Source of the DNA: Lingula anatina
Lineage: Eukaryota; Animalia; Brachiopoda
DNA: 64,000 nucleotides
Assembly (NCBI GenBank): GCA_051362555.1
Contig: CM120640.1
Location: 47,594,788 to 47,658,787 of the forward strand
Reading direction: 5' to 3'
Below the pieces are notes generated by a model that was given only the letters and a program-made list of their open reading frames with translations, was not told the origin of the DNA and ran no database searches. The translations under genes were made by a program, and so were the position numbers. This document shows, piece by piece, positions 52,092 to 64,000 of this stretch. Each line of letters opens with the position of its first letter. The first letter of the stretch is position 1.

Positions 52092-53955
52092 ATTCATGAT
52101 TTCATTTGAGAGTGAAAATAAATAGCCTGACCAGTGGCTACATGCTCAAACTTTCACTGCAAAACTACTACATGTACCCGCACTGTCTACAGAAGTGCAG
52201 ATAAAACTGACGCAGGTTGTCAATCCACATACTATTGCTTAGGATTGATTACTGTATTGTGCCATTCTGCTCCAAGAAGTGTGCAATTTTGTAGGAAATT
52301 GCTAGGTAGGTGATACTTTGAATGGAATGCAGTTAAGTCAGATTGACATGAAATCACAAAAAAGCGTTTTTATTTTAGGTACCTCTATGATTAAATCCTG
52401 CATAATTTACTTTTGTATTTAAAGATAGTTATTATATATTGAAATAACATTTTAAATATTTGAGTGGTGTTGAAGAGCTGAATCATAATCAGGTTGATCA
52501 TACAACCAGTTCAATCTCTTGTTTTTAAATTCTAACTCTGATGAAGACACTTACCAGTGCAGTTCTTAACGATATCTGAGGAAAATGAAAATATAATTTA
52601 ATCTGCTTAATAATTATGGTGTGGGAAAACACTGAGGAGTCACCTTGTGAGTACACAATTTTGACATTCAGTTCAAAATAGTACTTATCCTCTAGCCAGG
52701 TTTGCCAGCTCTTCATATTATCAAATATTTTTATTTTTTGTCAAAATCTAATAATTTTTCTGGCTATAATAAATTATAAACAATACCTCTTTGCTGTTAA
52801 AGAAAGTTACTGTTGGCATCGGAAACTTCATTCTTCATATGTGTACATGTAGTTTCCTGATTTAAACACATATGACATAGGAAAACTCTTCAATTGAATC
52901 CCTGGGGCACATCATACAAATGTTAATATAAATAGTATATGATCAACTTTAATTTTTGTCTCTTTTTCATAATGCTCTCACTCAGTTTGGTGTAAACAGT
53001 ATCTAACATCATGTTCTATACCAAACGTTGTAAAGGTTTGCAAGAAGGTGGAGCCAGATAGGCAAGTGTAAACTGGCCTTTAGTTTTGACTAAGCAGGCA
53101 AACTACTGAGATGTGCTTAAGAATTTCATTTTCTATCACCACTGATCCCTGTGTGTGCAGTAAGTGCCTCAAAAACCATTATTGACTTGGATTTATCTGA
53201 GGCACATGCCAAGAAAGCTTCATTTGGGGACATAAATTTCAAAAGAAGGAAAATTTTGATTGGCAAGATGACTTTTATATCACAGCTTTTCACAGCAGTA
53301 GCTAAGTATGGGTCCTCACAGACCAAAGGTAAATAAGTCTGATTGTCCATTGGTTCAAAGGTCTATTGCTTTGAAGACTCATTGGTTTGAAATGTAATTA
53401 AAAAGACATTTTGACTAAACAAAATTGATGCTAAATGTAGAAACTGTTTTGATTCTCTTATAGCAATAATGCCATTGAATCTAAAGATCCGTGAGTCTCC
53501 ATACACATATTTCTGCACTGGCTTATAAACCTTAACATGACAGTGTGGCATGAACCTTCAGCTAATAATTAATAAAAGTAACCCTTTTAGACTATTGGGA
53601 AGCACACATTTAAGGAAGTAATGAAGCAAAACGTTCTAATTCATATCAGATTGTTACAGACATATAATTTTGCAAAATGCTTTAAGCATAATCTTAAAGC
53701 AAATTACTTTTCTAATACTTTCGCATGAATCAAATTCAAACAAGTTTGAAATGTCTGACTATATGTTTTAACTTCTAAGATTCTAGCAATAGATACATAA
53801 AGATGAAACTGAACTTGTAGTTCTTTTGAGATAAGATAAAATAATGAGTTAAATGAATGCTAATTAAGTATTTCATTTAAGGATTGTCTAACCTTAAAGT
53901 TATATTTATTTTTCAAAAAGGAATTTTTTTAACCACTGTTGCCCATTGATTTCAG

Positions 53956-54721
53956 GGACTCCATCCTGAAGTGCAGCAAGCCAGTAGTTTTATGACCCAA
54001 GGATTGCCACATTTGATTAGTTGCCAATGAAGTGGTAGGTGTGTTCATTCATTCTTAAAGAGAGAGAGGAAAGAGAGGGAAATCAGCCATAAACAACCAA
54101 CTGAATGGACAATTTGTGGTGGTGAAGTGTAGTGAAGTTTAGTGTAAACCACAGATGTGAGAAAAATGAATCAACTCTGAGAATCTAAAAAGGAATTCTG
54201 GATCTTTGGAGACTTTTGCTGCTCTGATTGTTGCTGAAAAAGATAACAGGACCTTTGAAAACTTTCATTACCCTAATCAAAAGAAGAGTGCAGTCTTTGG
54301 AAACCTTGTTCATATCCTGATTGCTTCTGCAAAGGAAAGCTGATCTTTAAATAGTTAAGTGAAAAGGGTTTACAGCACCTGATAGGTTGCTGAATAAGAA
54401 GGCAAGTTGATTCCATAATGAGGACAGCAACCAATGATTTGCAGTCAGCGGCGACTGTCTTGGGAGATATGAATACAAAAGCTGGGCCAATTTTCCAAGA
54501 CCTTCTATTCATTTCTTAGAAGTGCATGTATGAGCCTAAAGACCTGAAAGACCTGTATAGTGGGGCATTATCTGTGTTGCAATTAGAACATACAAGGTGA
54601 AGTAATCCCAGGAGATTTCAGATGTTCTGATTTAGCTTTTGGGATCTTTTTCTCATTTGTTTTCTTGACGCTTGAAAAAGGAAACATTATGAAATATTTC
54701 AAAGTGATTTGAGGTGGAAAA
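53956..54721 (+). other. Probable long 5'UTR portion of the first GPCR coding exon
   Basis: Acceptor-like TTGATTTCAG|GGA at 53955/53956, followed by more balanced composition up to the ATG at 54722. Not confirmed. Confidence 0.35.
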
Positions 54722-55146
54722 ATGAGTTTACTCACAAATATTACAATGGATATCAAACAGAACATGACACTGGCAGAGAAACTAGAGAGTGATGGGTGGG
54801 TGTACTATCCCAATATCGAAAGCTTGATGAAGCCATGGTTGACAGATGCAAACTTTGTTCCAACTGTCACTGTGTATGCTGTAACTTTTGTTTTAGGTCT
54901 CATTGGAAATAGTATGGTAGTTTTTGCCATGCTTGGAGACCAGAAAAACAGTTCTGTGGCAACAACCTTCTTGGCCAGTTTGGCAATTGCAGACCTCTTA
55001 TTTCTGCTGGTTTGTGTGCCATACCGTATAGTGAGGTTTCTAATAGGATCATGGCAGGATTCATTTCTGTGTAAATTTTCTGGATTTGTTGAAATGCTGG
55101 CAGCTGTCCTGTCCATATTCAACCTCACAGCTGTAAGCGTAGAGAG
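54722..55146 (+). CDS. Rhodopsin-class (class A) GPCR, neuropeptide-receptor-like (orphan GPRnna14/QRFPR/AstA-R-like group), coding exon 1 (N-terminus, TM1-TM3)
   Basis: N-glycosylation sequons NIT and NMT; TM1 GLIGN; TM2 SLAIADLL..CVP; TM3 CKF...LTAVSVER; donor AG|GTAAGT splits the Arg of ERY (phase 2). Confidence 0.95.
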
Positions 55147-55814
55147 GTAAGTTTTTTTGTTTTTTTTTAATTCAGTTTTTGTTTAGAAGTACAATGAATC
55201 TTTGAATTTCATGAGTCTCTTTCTATATTTTTTTATTGTATAGATATGTCTATAGATAATTAAGGAGACTTAAAAAATTAACATTTCATTAACTATTTGT
55301 TATCTTATGTACCAGTATGTGTTTATATGGATTATAAGAGATTTTATAGAAAAACAAATAGGAAATGTGCTTGTATGAATTATGTACAGTTCTCTGAGTT
55401 AGACACATCAGTTGCAGACTATCATTCTTTTATTTTAACCAAGAAAAAAAGTGAGTAAAGGAAAAATGTTTTTGAAAACTTCTATAAACCAAAGACTAAT
55501 GATTATTGGAAGTCTGTCAACATCTTTTTGTCCTTGATTTGAATATGATCTTAAGAATGAACTGTCAGAAACTCTGCTGTCAAGTGTAACATTAATCATA
55601 ATCTCTGCCAAAGCAATTTTTTGTGCTATTGATTAAGTCAAGCATCTGATCCCGTAACCATACACTCCCAAATGTTTACCAAATTACAGTTTGAAAGTAT
55701 AATTTGTCATTTGTTGGGATATATCTTTTAGAAATATGACAGTAATTTTAGCAAGCAAGTGATTTCATGATTTCATTACGGGAACATCAAAAGATCTAGG
55801 GTACAAGAAAATGT

Positions 55815-55815
55815 C

Positions 55816-55850
<35 letters not shown>
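55815..55850. repeat. (CA)n microsatellite
   Basis: Seen directly. Confidence 0.9.
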
Positions 55851-55852
<2 letters not shown>

Positions 55853-57456
55853 GAAAAGGAAAAAAATAGCAAAATAGGAAAACCATCTTTATTACATGTA
55901 GGGATTCAGTTGATATGATCATATCTTATCTTGCAATCTTTATATTGAATACTTTATATGCCTAAGTATGGCAAGATGAGATCCTCTTTGTGTTATGCCT
56001 TAAAACAAAAAAGTAAAAAAAATGTTTAATTGAAAATGCGCCGTTAATAACATATTTAAAAAAAAATCAGAATAAAATATATGTGTAAATAATGGATCTC
56101 CAATAGCCTACATTTTTTTCAGCTAGAGAGCTAAATTTCTTCAAGAGAACCAACATTATGATTATAAATCCAATGACAATGCGTCAAAAAGTACACTTTA
56201 TTTTCCTTAGCCATAAAGGTGTTCATCCATTCATTGGCAAGAAAAAAATGTGTGAGTCAAGAATACCAAAACACGGTGAATAGTGAATCACAGGAGTAAT
56301 ATTGTGTTGGCTATTGCATTTTTCTCCCACAGGTTATCACCTCACTTGATCTATTAGTTTTTTGATCTTGACTGATGGTTGTTAAGTATATGAATTGAAG
56401 ACTCCCACTAGTTACCTCTAGCATGGTAATAGATTGGCCGCTTTTTCTAGAAAAATCTTTTGGTTGCTAATATTAGTAATTTAGTGCAGCAGATTACAAC
56501 TCCAACTGGTTTGCAAAAGTTTCAGTTGATTTTTATATTTGGATAATCATGGCAGCCTCTGTGGTACATGTGTTCACTCTAAGGACCTTTGGTCATTTTA
56601 ATGATATCAAAAGTTGTTCCCAGGTTCAGTAAACCGATGATGGCTTTTTGGTTCATCCACTTCCAAGTTTCAAATTCTTTATAGATACTTGTACAAATGT
56701 ATCTCCCCCTCCCTCAGTGACAGGTTAGAAGTGTCAAGAAACAAGTATTGTGGCCGGAACCCAGACTGTAACCTAATCAATGGACTACCAAATGTGGCAC
56801 CAAATGATAGACTACTCAAATAAGTTGTAAATTATGTGCCAAATTTACAAATGGGACCAATCGATGCAAGCTGCTGACACTATCAAGTCTGAGTTCAGAC
56901 AGTGATGACTGCAATTCTTTGTCTGATCATAATTAATTGATACAATTGTACTGAATGGTGTTTGATTTACATGAACCATTATCAATGATAATCAGTTAAT
57001 TTTCCAACGTCACTGCTAGAATCTGTAGAACCACTTGACTGGCATCACTTTCAACGTGGATGTACATGTATCTTGTCTGCCTTTCTGTACATGATTAATA
57101 AAATGGAGCCATAGATTGTTTTGCTTTTATGAGGAGTTACCCAAATTTATGATTTCTATTGACAATGCAACCTTTTAGATTGCATCATTCTATAAGATGT
57201 TAATGAAAATAAAAGAATGTTGGTTTGGTTAAGTTTTTAAAACAAGAGGGGATTTATTTAAAGTTTGTTCAAGTATAAGTGATGTTCACTATCTTAAATC
57301 TTCCTATTTTCTCTGATATAACCTGTACTGAAGTCATTGATCCATTACATCCTTATTTAAAAAAAGACAAGAAAAAAAAATGAAATAGCACTGCTAATAA
57401 TTGCAAAAGACTGATGGCTGAGGCCTTTATTCAAGAATTTTCATTACTGCTTTCAG

Positions 57457-57580
57457 GTATGTTGTGATTGTTCACCCCATGAAGGCACGGTACTTATTCA
57501 CCATGGGCAGTATCAAGAAGATTGTTATTGCTGTCTGGTTGGTGTCAGCAGTGCTGTCAGCACCAATGTTTCATATTGCT
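57457..57580 (+). CDS. GPCR coding exon 2 (ICL2, TM4)
   Basis: TTTCAG|G TAT... = (R)YVVIVHPMKARYLFTMGSIKKIVIAVWLVSAVLSAPMFHIA|GTGAGT; completes ERY..IVHP and has the TM4 W..S...S.P pattern. Confidence 0.95.
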
Positions 57581-57651
57581 GTGAGTATAAGTTTCTTATT
57601 ATCCTTTTTCCAGTGGCTTTGCCTAGCTACATTCTTTCCTACAACATTAAA

Positions 57652-57653
57652 TT

Positions 57654-57704
<51 letters not shown>

Positions 57705-57705
57705 T
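57652..57705. repeat. (TTTA)n microsatellite
   Basis: Seen directly. Confidence 0.9.
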
Positions 57706-60352
57706 TCTGCAATTTATTTTTTGTGTGGTGTTTTTAGCCAATTATATCTGTAGGTTGATCCATTTTAACAAATATCTTTGAAATTTGTAAAGAGAGTTGA
57801 TGCCACTTTGTCTCTCTACCTGTGTCCTTCTCCTCCCACCCCAACATCTCCTTCATCTTTTTTCCACAGAGTGATGCAAAACTCCTACTGACATGCTATT
57901 TCTGTCTACAAAAATTTTCCTGATGATGTTTTAATGTTCATCATTGATAACTTAACAGTGAGATGGATCAGATTTTTGCACCTGATAGCCTTCAAGTATC
58001 ACTACCTAGTTTTAACCTCCCTGATGTTCCATTACAAAGGGCAGTACAATCCAAAACCAGTTCTGAAGCACATACTGCATGTCCAGATGTTATATGAAAA
58101 TATGTGATGATTTAACTAATAACCTGTGAGTGGTCTGTCCAGTTAATGCCACTAGACAGCTACATGTAGATCACGATGGGGCACCATATTACCCATTATG
58201 CCTTAGATCTTTTCAAATATCCCCAGATTGTTCAACAGTTTGCTTGTCTGGCGGTATCAGTAATAAAATGAAATCTCAGTTTCAGCATCAATTTGGTGAC
58301 ACCAATCAGAAAGTCACAAACAACATTTATTGTTTATGAGGCCTGTTTCTGTATCGAAGCAGTATGTTCCTAATATGTAATTAAACAACCAGTTGTTTTA
58401 CTACCATTCACAAGCCCCAAAATGCAATGTGCCAATCAGAATTGAATGAAGGTAAAATAAACTGCATAGCCATGTGAGGGCACCAGAGCTTTATTGAGGT
58501 GACTCTTTTACGTAATAGCTACGCTATTAATTTGTCATTTTCTCAAACTCGATGTGAAAGGGCTCCTTGACATTTGATCAATTTGTGAGAAAACTACAAC
58601 ACCCAAATGTTTCAAAGCAACTGAATGCATTTTACAAACCCCAAACACTCTGCAAACTCTCTACTACATGTAAAAGCAGGGGATAGAATTGGCCAATAAT
58701 ATGAAATAGAAATAGGGATTAAAATTATGTATGCAAAAATGTTTTAAAATCAAAATTATATACGTATATTCAAAAATATGTTAGTGAGAGATGGTTATTC
58801 AGAAAACATCTGTGAATGATTTTATGAACCTTATTAAGTGCTATATTTGTAAACCATGTACAGAGGATGCAAAACACACCTGCTCAGGTGCTTTTGATGT
58901 TTGAAATCTGCCCCTCCAATTTGTAATTCATCATACTGTAGATTAGAGACTTCAAGCAAAATACTTAATGTCTCTTTTATAAATCTGAAGTAATGATGAT
59001 GGTTTCCACCTTGAAAATATACACATGTAGGTCTCACCTACACACTCACCCACACAGTACAACAGATCATGGTTGTAGAAGTGATCGTAATATTAAGTTC
59101 CCCCCAAAGAAACATTTTTTCTTAAGTTCAGTAGTGGGAAAAAGCGAAGACACACTATATTCATGTTGAGATAAGGAGTTCATTCAATAAAGATATGGTT
59201 CGATATTATTCTGCACTATTACTTTTTTTGAAAGAGCAATCTAAATTGCATTTTAAGCAATCCAATCTGACTCCATCTAGATATTGGCAGCAAAACTTAA
59301 AACTGTCATCAGTTAATTAAGCCATGCACACCATTATTTTTAAGCAGCTATCTAAATCGCTCTTTTAGCAGTCTCAGCAGATGCTATGCAAAATGTCACT
59401 CCAAGTCTATTTCTTTCAAATAAAATTAAAGTGAAACTGATGTGATAGCTCTTTACAAACTCATGCTGTGCACAAACAATCAGTTTGTAAAGCCAATTGC
59501 TGGTCAGTTTAAAATAAATGAGTAAAAATAAAACTTGTGTTGACTATTTATAGAATCTTGAAAGAAAGACACTGTGTGGGACAGGCTGATTGCAATCAGA
59601 CTTCAGCTTCATGACATGAAGACTATATAACTTGCATTGTAAAATTGCTATTTTGTGTCAGTGGCCTGTGAGAAAAAATATATGAAATTTCATTATACAT
59701 TCTGTCATATCTGTCAACAGAAAACCGTTTGAAGCCACAGAATAGTAATAAAGGATTGTTCAAGCTATAGATATGCAGCTGAATGAATTGGAATATGTCT
59801 GAGATCAGGTCTTTTTAATACCATAAATTTTGTGCCCATAAATGAATATTATCAGCATTAGGAATTTATATGACAGATTATAGACAAAAACTTGCTGGAA
59901 GTGATCTTTATTGTAAGTAGAGTGACATTGCTTGATACAATTCTCATTAGTAGGAAAAAATGATTATGACTTGCTGTGCCTTTTTGTTCAAGGCCCAGTT
60001 TGAGACAATGTCTTTTTTATTCAAATGATTTTAAATACTCCCAAAACCCAAAAATACTTCTCAAAATTGTCCTAAATGCTCAAGAAGGGAACAAATTGGT
60101 GTTGCAGATAAGTAAGGAATTTTTTTAAAAATATTTTTATTCAAGAATGAAAATTTGAGATTCCCAACTCTGTCCTCTCTTATCACCATGTATTCCAAGC
60201 AGGTGCATAGAGTTAATTAATTCTGGAGTATTGGGTTTATTTTACCTTCAGGGTTTCAGTTAACTAGTGCATTTACCTGCTATGCAGTGCTGGGTTAGGT
60301 ATTTATGATAGCCAAAGCATGTTTAATGTGGAAACAAGTTGGATTTTTTTTT

Positions 60353-60731
60353 TATACAGACAGTGTATGTGTCTGTATACATACTGATGTGTCGTCTGCT
60401 GTGTCATCACCAGTGCTGCCACCATCACCGGCAGACATGTTATTCCCCCTATAAATGACAAATCAAATTTTTTTACTGACTGGTTTGTTTGGTAAAAAGA
60501 CAATTTCATTATAAGAATCAACATGATTTAATTATTTTTACAAAAGTTATCAAATTTTTTATCTTGTTGCATGTATTTTAGTGACATTCACCTCATAAGT
60601 GCCAAACCATACGTATTTTGTTTAATTCCAAATAGATGCATAGCTTTGTTTGGTAAAGAAGGGAGGTTTCTTTCAAAGGTTATTGTTTTTTCTGTCAAAT
60701 ATCTGTATATTTGCCAGTTTTGCTTTCTAGT
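60353..60731 (+). mobile_element. Degenerate HINE related to 12917-13745
   Basis: T-run, then ATACAGACA..TGTCTGTAT hairpin, TTTGTTTGGTAAA core twice, and 3' TCTGTATATTTGCCAGTTTTGCTTTCTAGT. Confidence 0.55.
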
Positions 60732-60979
60732 CGGTAATAAAATTGGTTTCAATCTATTGCTTAAATACTGGCAATGTACTTCAGGATATCAGTATTTTTA
60801 TATTTTTATGTTTCATTGACTGTCTTGTCACCTTGATCATTATGAAAAGACACCATTGTCTAGAAATAATATATAAAAGTAAAATATAAAAATACAAGGA
60901 ATATAAGTGCAGTTTCAACCATGTTTTTTCTCTTTTACTTGAGAGACAAATCTTCAAAAAAGTTTTATCATGTTTTTAG

Positions 60980-61203
60980 GGCATCACAAAGGACAAATAC
61001 TTTGAGAATGAGACCAAATTCATCATGCACTCCTGTCATGACAATGAAGCCCTGAACTATGGTGAGAAGGTGGCCTTTGTGTTCTACCAGTTTACGCTGA
61101 TGTTCCTACTGCCTACCATAGTGATGGTGTTCTGCTATACTCAAGTCATCAGGGCACTGTGGAGCAGTACACAGGAACTGTCGAGGATGACTTCCATGCA
61201 TAG
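60980..61203 (+). CDS. GPCR coding exon 3 (ECL2, TM5)
   Basis: TTTTTAG|GGC... = GITKDKYFENETKFIMHSCHDNEALNYGEKVAFVFYQFTLMFLLPTIVMVFCYTQVIRALWSSTQELSRMTSMH(R)|GTATGT; ECL2 Cys and TM5 F..P......Y..V...LW. Confidence 0.95.
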
Positions 61204-62606
61204 GTATGTATATACTAGTAATCAAATATGTGTAGATTATTGTGTTCAGATTTCTGGGTAACTGGTAACTGTTTTAATGATTCTGGCATTTTGCATAGCA
61301 TCTACTAAGACTACTAAAACAGCAATTTGAATAGTTACTTAGAAATAATGGTGTTGAGATAGCTGTTTAGAACTAAATGCTGTAGCCTTGGATATTCTGA
61401 CAGTCTGAGAAGCTGGATGTATTGGACTGGGGGCCACACAGTAAGTGTAACAGTGGAATTAAAATGGGGATTTTGAAAACATATATGCACCCTTAACTAC
61501 AAGTTGCAATTTGCCAGAGACATTAAAGTCCACAAAAGACATTTATCAATTTTTTAATCCAGTTGGCAACAATATGGGCTTATCTTGAATACTAGAAAGC
61601 AACCAGACATGATATTTATTTACTGCAATGAAGTCTGAGTGGCATTTAATTAGCCTGATCAGAGTAAAATGAAGCTACCCTTAATAATTTCATGGCATAT
61701 TTTTATGGGGTGTTATCTCCTAAATAAGTTGCCTGTTTTGCCTGCACAGCAAGGAAACTAGAAAGCTTCATCTTAAAAACCTTTTTGAACCCAGTACAAA
61801 TTACCTGTCAACTGATTACATTTAAAGGGACAATCCCTAAGATTTGAAACATGTTTTTCATTTCTTATTGAACAAGGCCAAATAATACTTTTTGGTCATT
61901 TTTAACAGATAAATGCCCTGAATAAATATCACCAAAAATAATCTTTTTTATCACCTCCTCACAAATCTCGACCACCTACATGTATTAACCTTTAACTGCT
62001 TATGCCAGGAAAATTCTTAGTATGAGTTTTTTCCTTGAAAGACCTTATGCTGCTAATCTTCAAGTGAAATACCCAGTCAAAATTGAAATAACATTATTAT
62101 ACAACACTGCAGAGTTCTGTCTGATTCTCAAATTGTTCTAATTTCATTTAACATTTTATTTCATATCCTATCCTGGAATATTTTTAATTTTATAAAATAC
62201 TTTTGAAAATCTTATAGTACTTTGTTTTTGATGGGCCCACAATTCTGAACTCGCCTTGGCCAGATTAAAATTCTGATCTGACTTACGTGAAGTAAAAACC
62301 AAGCTCAGATTGGAATTTTGATCTGGCATTATTTTTGATCTGTCACCTCTAACGCATATAATCTGGTTTTTGTAGGATTTCCCCAGAAGGGCATTAGGGC
62401 CCTCATATATTCAGCATAATTAAATCACATAAGTGTTGTGACTATAAAATATCACATTAAATCTAACCATTCAAAATGTGAACTTTTCAAGCCAGGTGAA
62501 CTTCATTTGTATGAGATTTTCACAAAATTTTTATTCAGATTTTACAAACATAGTAAGGTTTATCCAATACTTTATCTTTTGATTGTCATTTATTCTGTCA
62601 CCTCAG

Positions 62607-62772
62607 AGAAAACAGTATAAGTCATATAGCTGAAGACTTTGAGTCAGGGGAGTCCCAGACCCAGCAAAGATTGGTCCATGTGTCCAGCAGGTCCACTGTG
62701 GTCAGCAGACCTTCAAGCCAACAACTGGGTGGCCGAAACCATGGCAACTGTATTCGGGAAGCTAGAAAGCAG
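62607..62772 (+). CDS. GPCR coding exon 4 (ICL3), absent from the ORF track; gene continues beyond the window
   Basis: CACCTCAG|A GAA...AAG CAG|GTAATA = (R)ENSISHIAEDFESGESQTQQRLVHVSSRSTVVSRPSSQQLGGRNHGNCIREARKQ. Phase 2/0 fits, and it ends in the ARKQ motif that precedes TM6. Confidence 0.88.
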
Positions 62773-63100
62773 GTAATATGTGAGAGACTGAAGGGGAGAG
62801 AGTATTTGTATCATAGATCTCTAAACTAATGTGGAGGAAAGATCATGGACGTAAAAACAGTCAGAGAAAAAGCATTTTCACATCAGGCATTATACACCTA
62901 TCAGTAACGAAAAACTTACTCAGTTTTAAACATGTCATTACACCAACTTAAAGGGAGAAGGGGGCTCTGTTTATGTGACTTATGTAACAGCAAGTTGTCT
63001 TCCATAAGTAAGATACAAGTGACATGTGAACAGAAATTTTGGAAGTGGTTAAAATCACTGTGAGAGTTCCTCTATTTTTGGGTTCTGACAAAGTGTATTA

Positions 63101-64000
63101 GGGGAGACCAGGGCAAGTTGGCCCAGTTAGACACTTTTGGCCTTGTGGAGCCAACTAGGAATGAGATAAAGTAACAAAACCAGTTTCAAAGTAAGACCCA
63201 TGAACTAAGCTACGTATGCAACGTCATTATTTTTTAAATATAGTGCCAGGTGGCTCACAATTTGACAAAAAATGCAGTTGTCGTCAGGGGCGTAACCAGG
63301 CATATGCACGGATGCACTGTGCGTACAATTTTTTGAGCCAACCATGATGTTATTCTCCAAAAATTCAGTGTATTTTTCACGGAATATAATCGTACCTGAG
63401 AATTTTCAAAATCTGTGCGTACAATTTTGAATGGTCTGGTAACGCCCCTGGTCGTCAGGGGGGGCCAACTTGCCCCACCACGGGGCAAGTTGGCCCCAGG
63501 GTCAGGGCAAGTTGGCCCCCTATACGAAAATGAAGTAAGTATCCCATGTATACACCTTGAAATACATTTTTATACATTTTCAATGTATAAAAATTGATTT
63601 TTGAGAGTCTTTGATGAAAAAATAGTTCAAATGAGGCAGATTTATCGTTTCCGATGCACGTTGTAGGGGGGCCTATGTGTTGCAAGAAACAAAATATCTA
63701 TCAATAAAATTTGTTTTGTTTTAATTAAGAATAAATTAATAATGGTATAAAGCAGGTTATTAATGAATGAAAACGAATAATAAATTTTCCTTTTAAAAGA
63801 AACTAACAAATTCAGTTTAAAACCATTGAGTTTGTTTCAACAATGGTCTCTAGCTCTGTTGCGCACAAAGGTTTGTGGGTAAAATGAGGGTCCATCTGCT
63901 ACTGCTTAGAAGTGAAAAGGACCTTCTAGACTTATGTACAACATGGTTTTCACTTTGGAGTGATGGGCATTGTGTCAAAAGACACCAAGATGCTAGTTTA
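63101..64000. mobile_element. Left part of a non-autonomous DNA transposon (TA-flanked, GGGGAGAC terminus)
   Basis: TA|GGGGAGACCAGGGCAAGTTGGCCC; the GGGCAAGTTGGCCC motif recurs in both orientations at 63460-63520. The right end was not found in the window, so the extent is uncertain. Confidence 0.5.
63285..63450. mobile_element. 166-bp hAT-like MITE nested in the previous element
   Basis: TIRs CAGGGGCGTAACCAG / CTGGTAACGCCCCTG; GTCGT duplicated on both flanks (63280-63284, 63451-63455). Confidence 0.8.

Noticed and set aside
54805-55128. 107-aa minus-strand ORF
   Set aside because: Shadow ORF antisense to the GPCR exon.
62376-62420. Alternative GPCR exon 4 at TTTTTGTAG|GATT
   Set aside because: In-frame TAG after six codons; 62607-62772 is open and ends in ARKQ.

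Overview
This is AT-rich, intron-containing animal genomic DNA, probably from a lophotrochozoan or other marine invertebrate (inferred from repeat types). It is not prokaryotic, and most ORF-track entries are spurious. Splicing exons by hand recovers four genes. (1) The first coding exon of an unidentified membrane-protein gene on the minus strand (1348-1141), running out of the window. (2) A complete RPS28 (minus, CDS 6551-4576, plus a 3'UTR intron). (3) A complete NDUFA7 (plus, 6814-11784), head-to-head with RPS28 across a ~260-bp bidirectional promoter, as in human. (4) A rhodopsin-class peptide-receptor-like GPCR (plus, four coding exons 54722-62772; TM6-7 lie outside the window). The ORF track misses RPS28 and NDUFA7 entirely. 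Between 12 and 54 kb there is a decayed RPS28 fragment, a ~5-kb decayed minus-strand coding relic of unknown family, and many non-autonomous DNA transposons (CACTA/EnSpm-like, Kolobok-like, DD41D rosa, Harbinger-, hAT- and Merlin-like MITEs, Helentron-type HINEs). RPS28 introns carry low-confidence H/ACA snoRNA candidates. No CRISPR array was found, and I cannot claim a new biological system.
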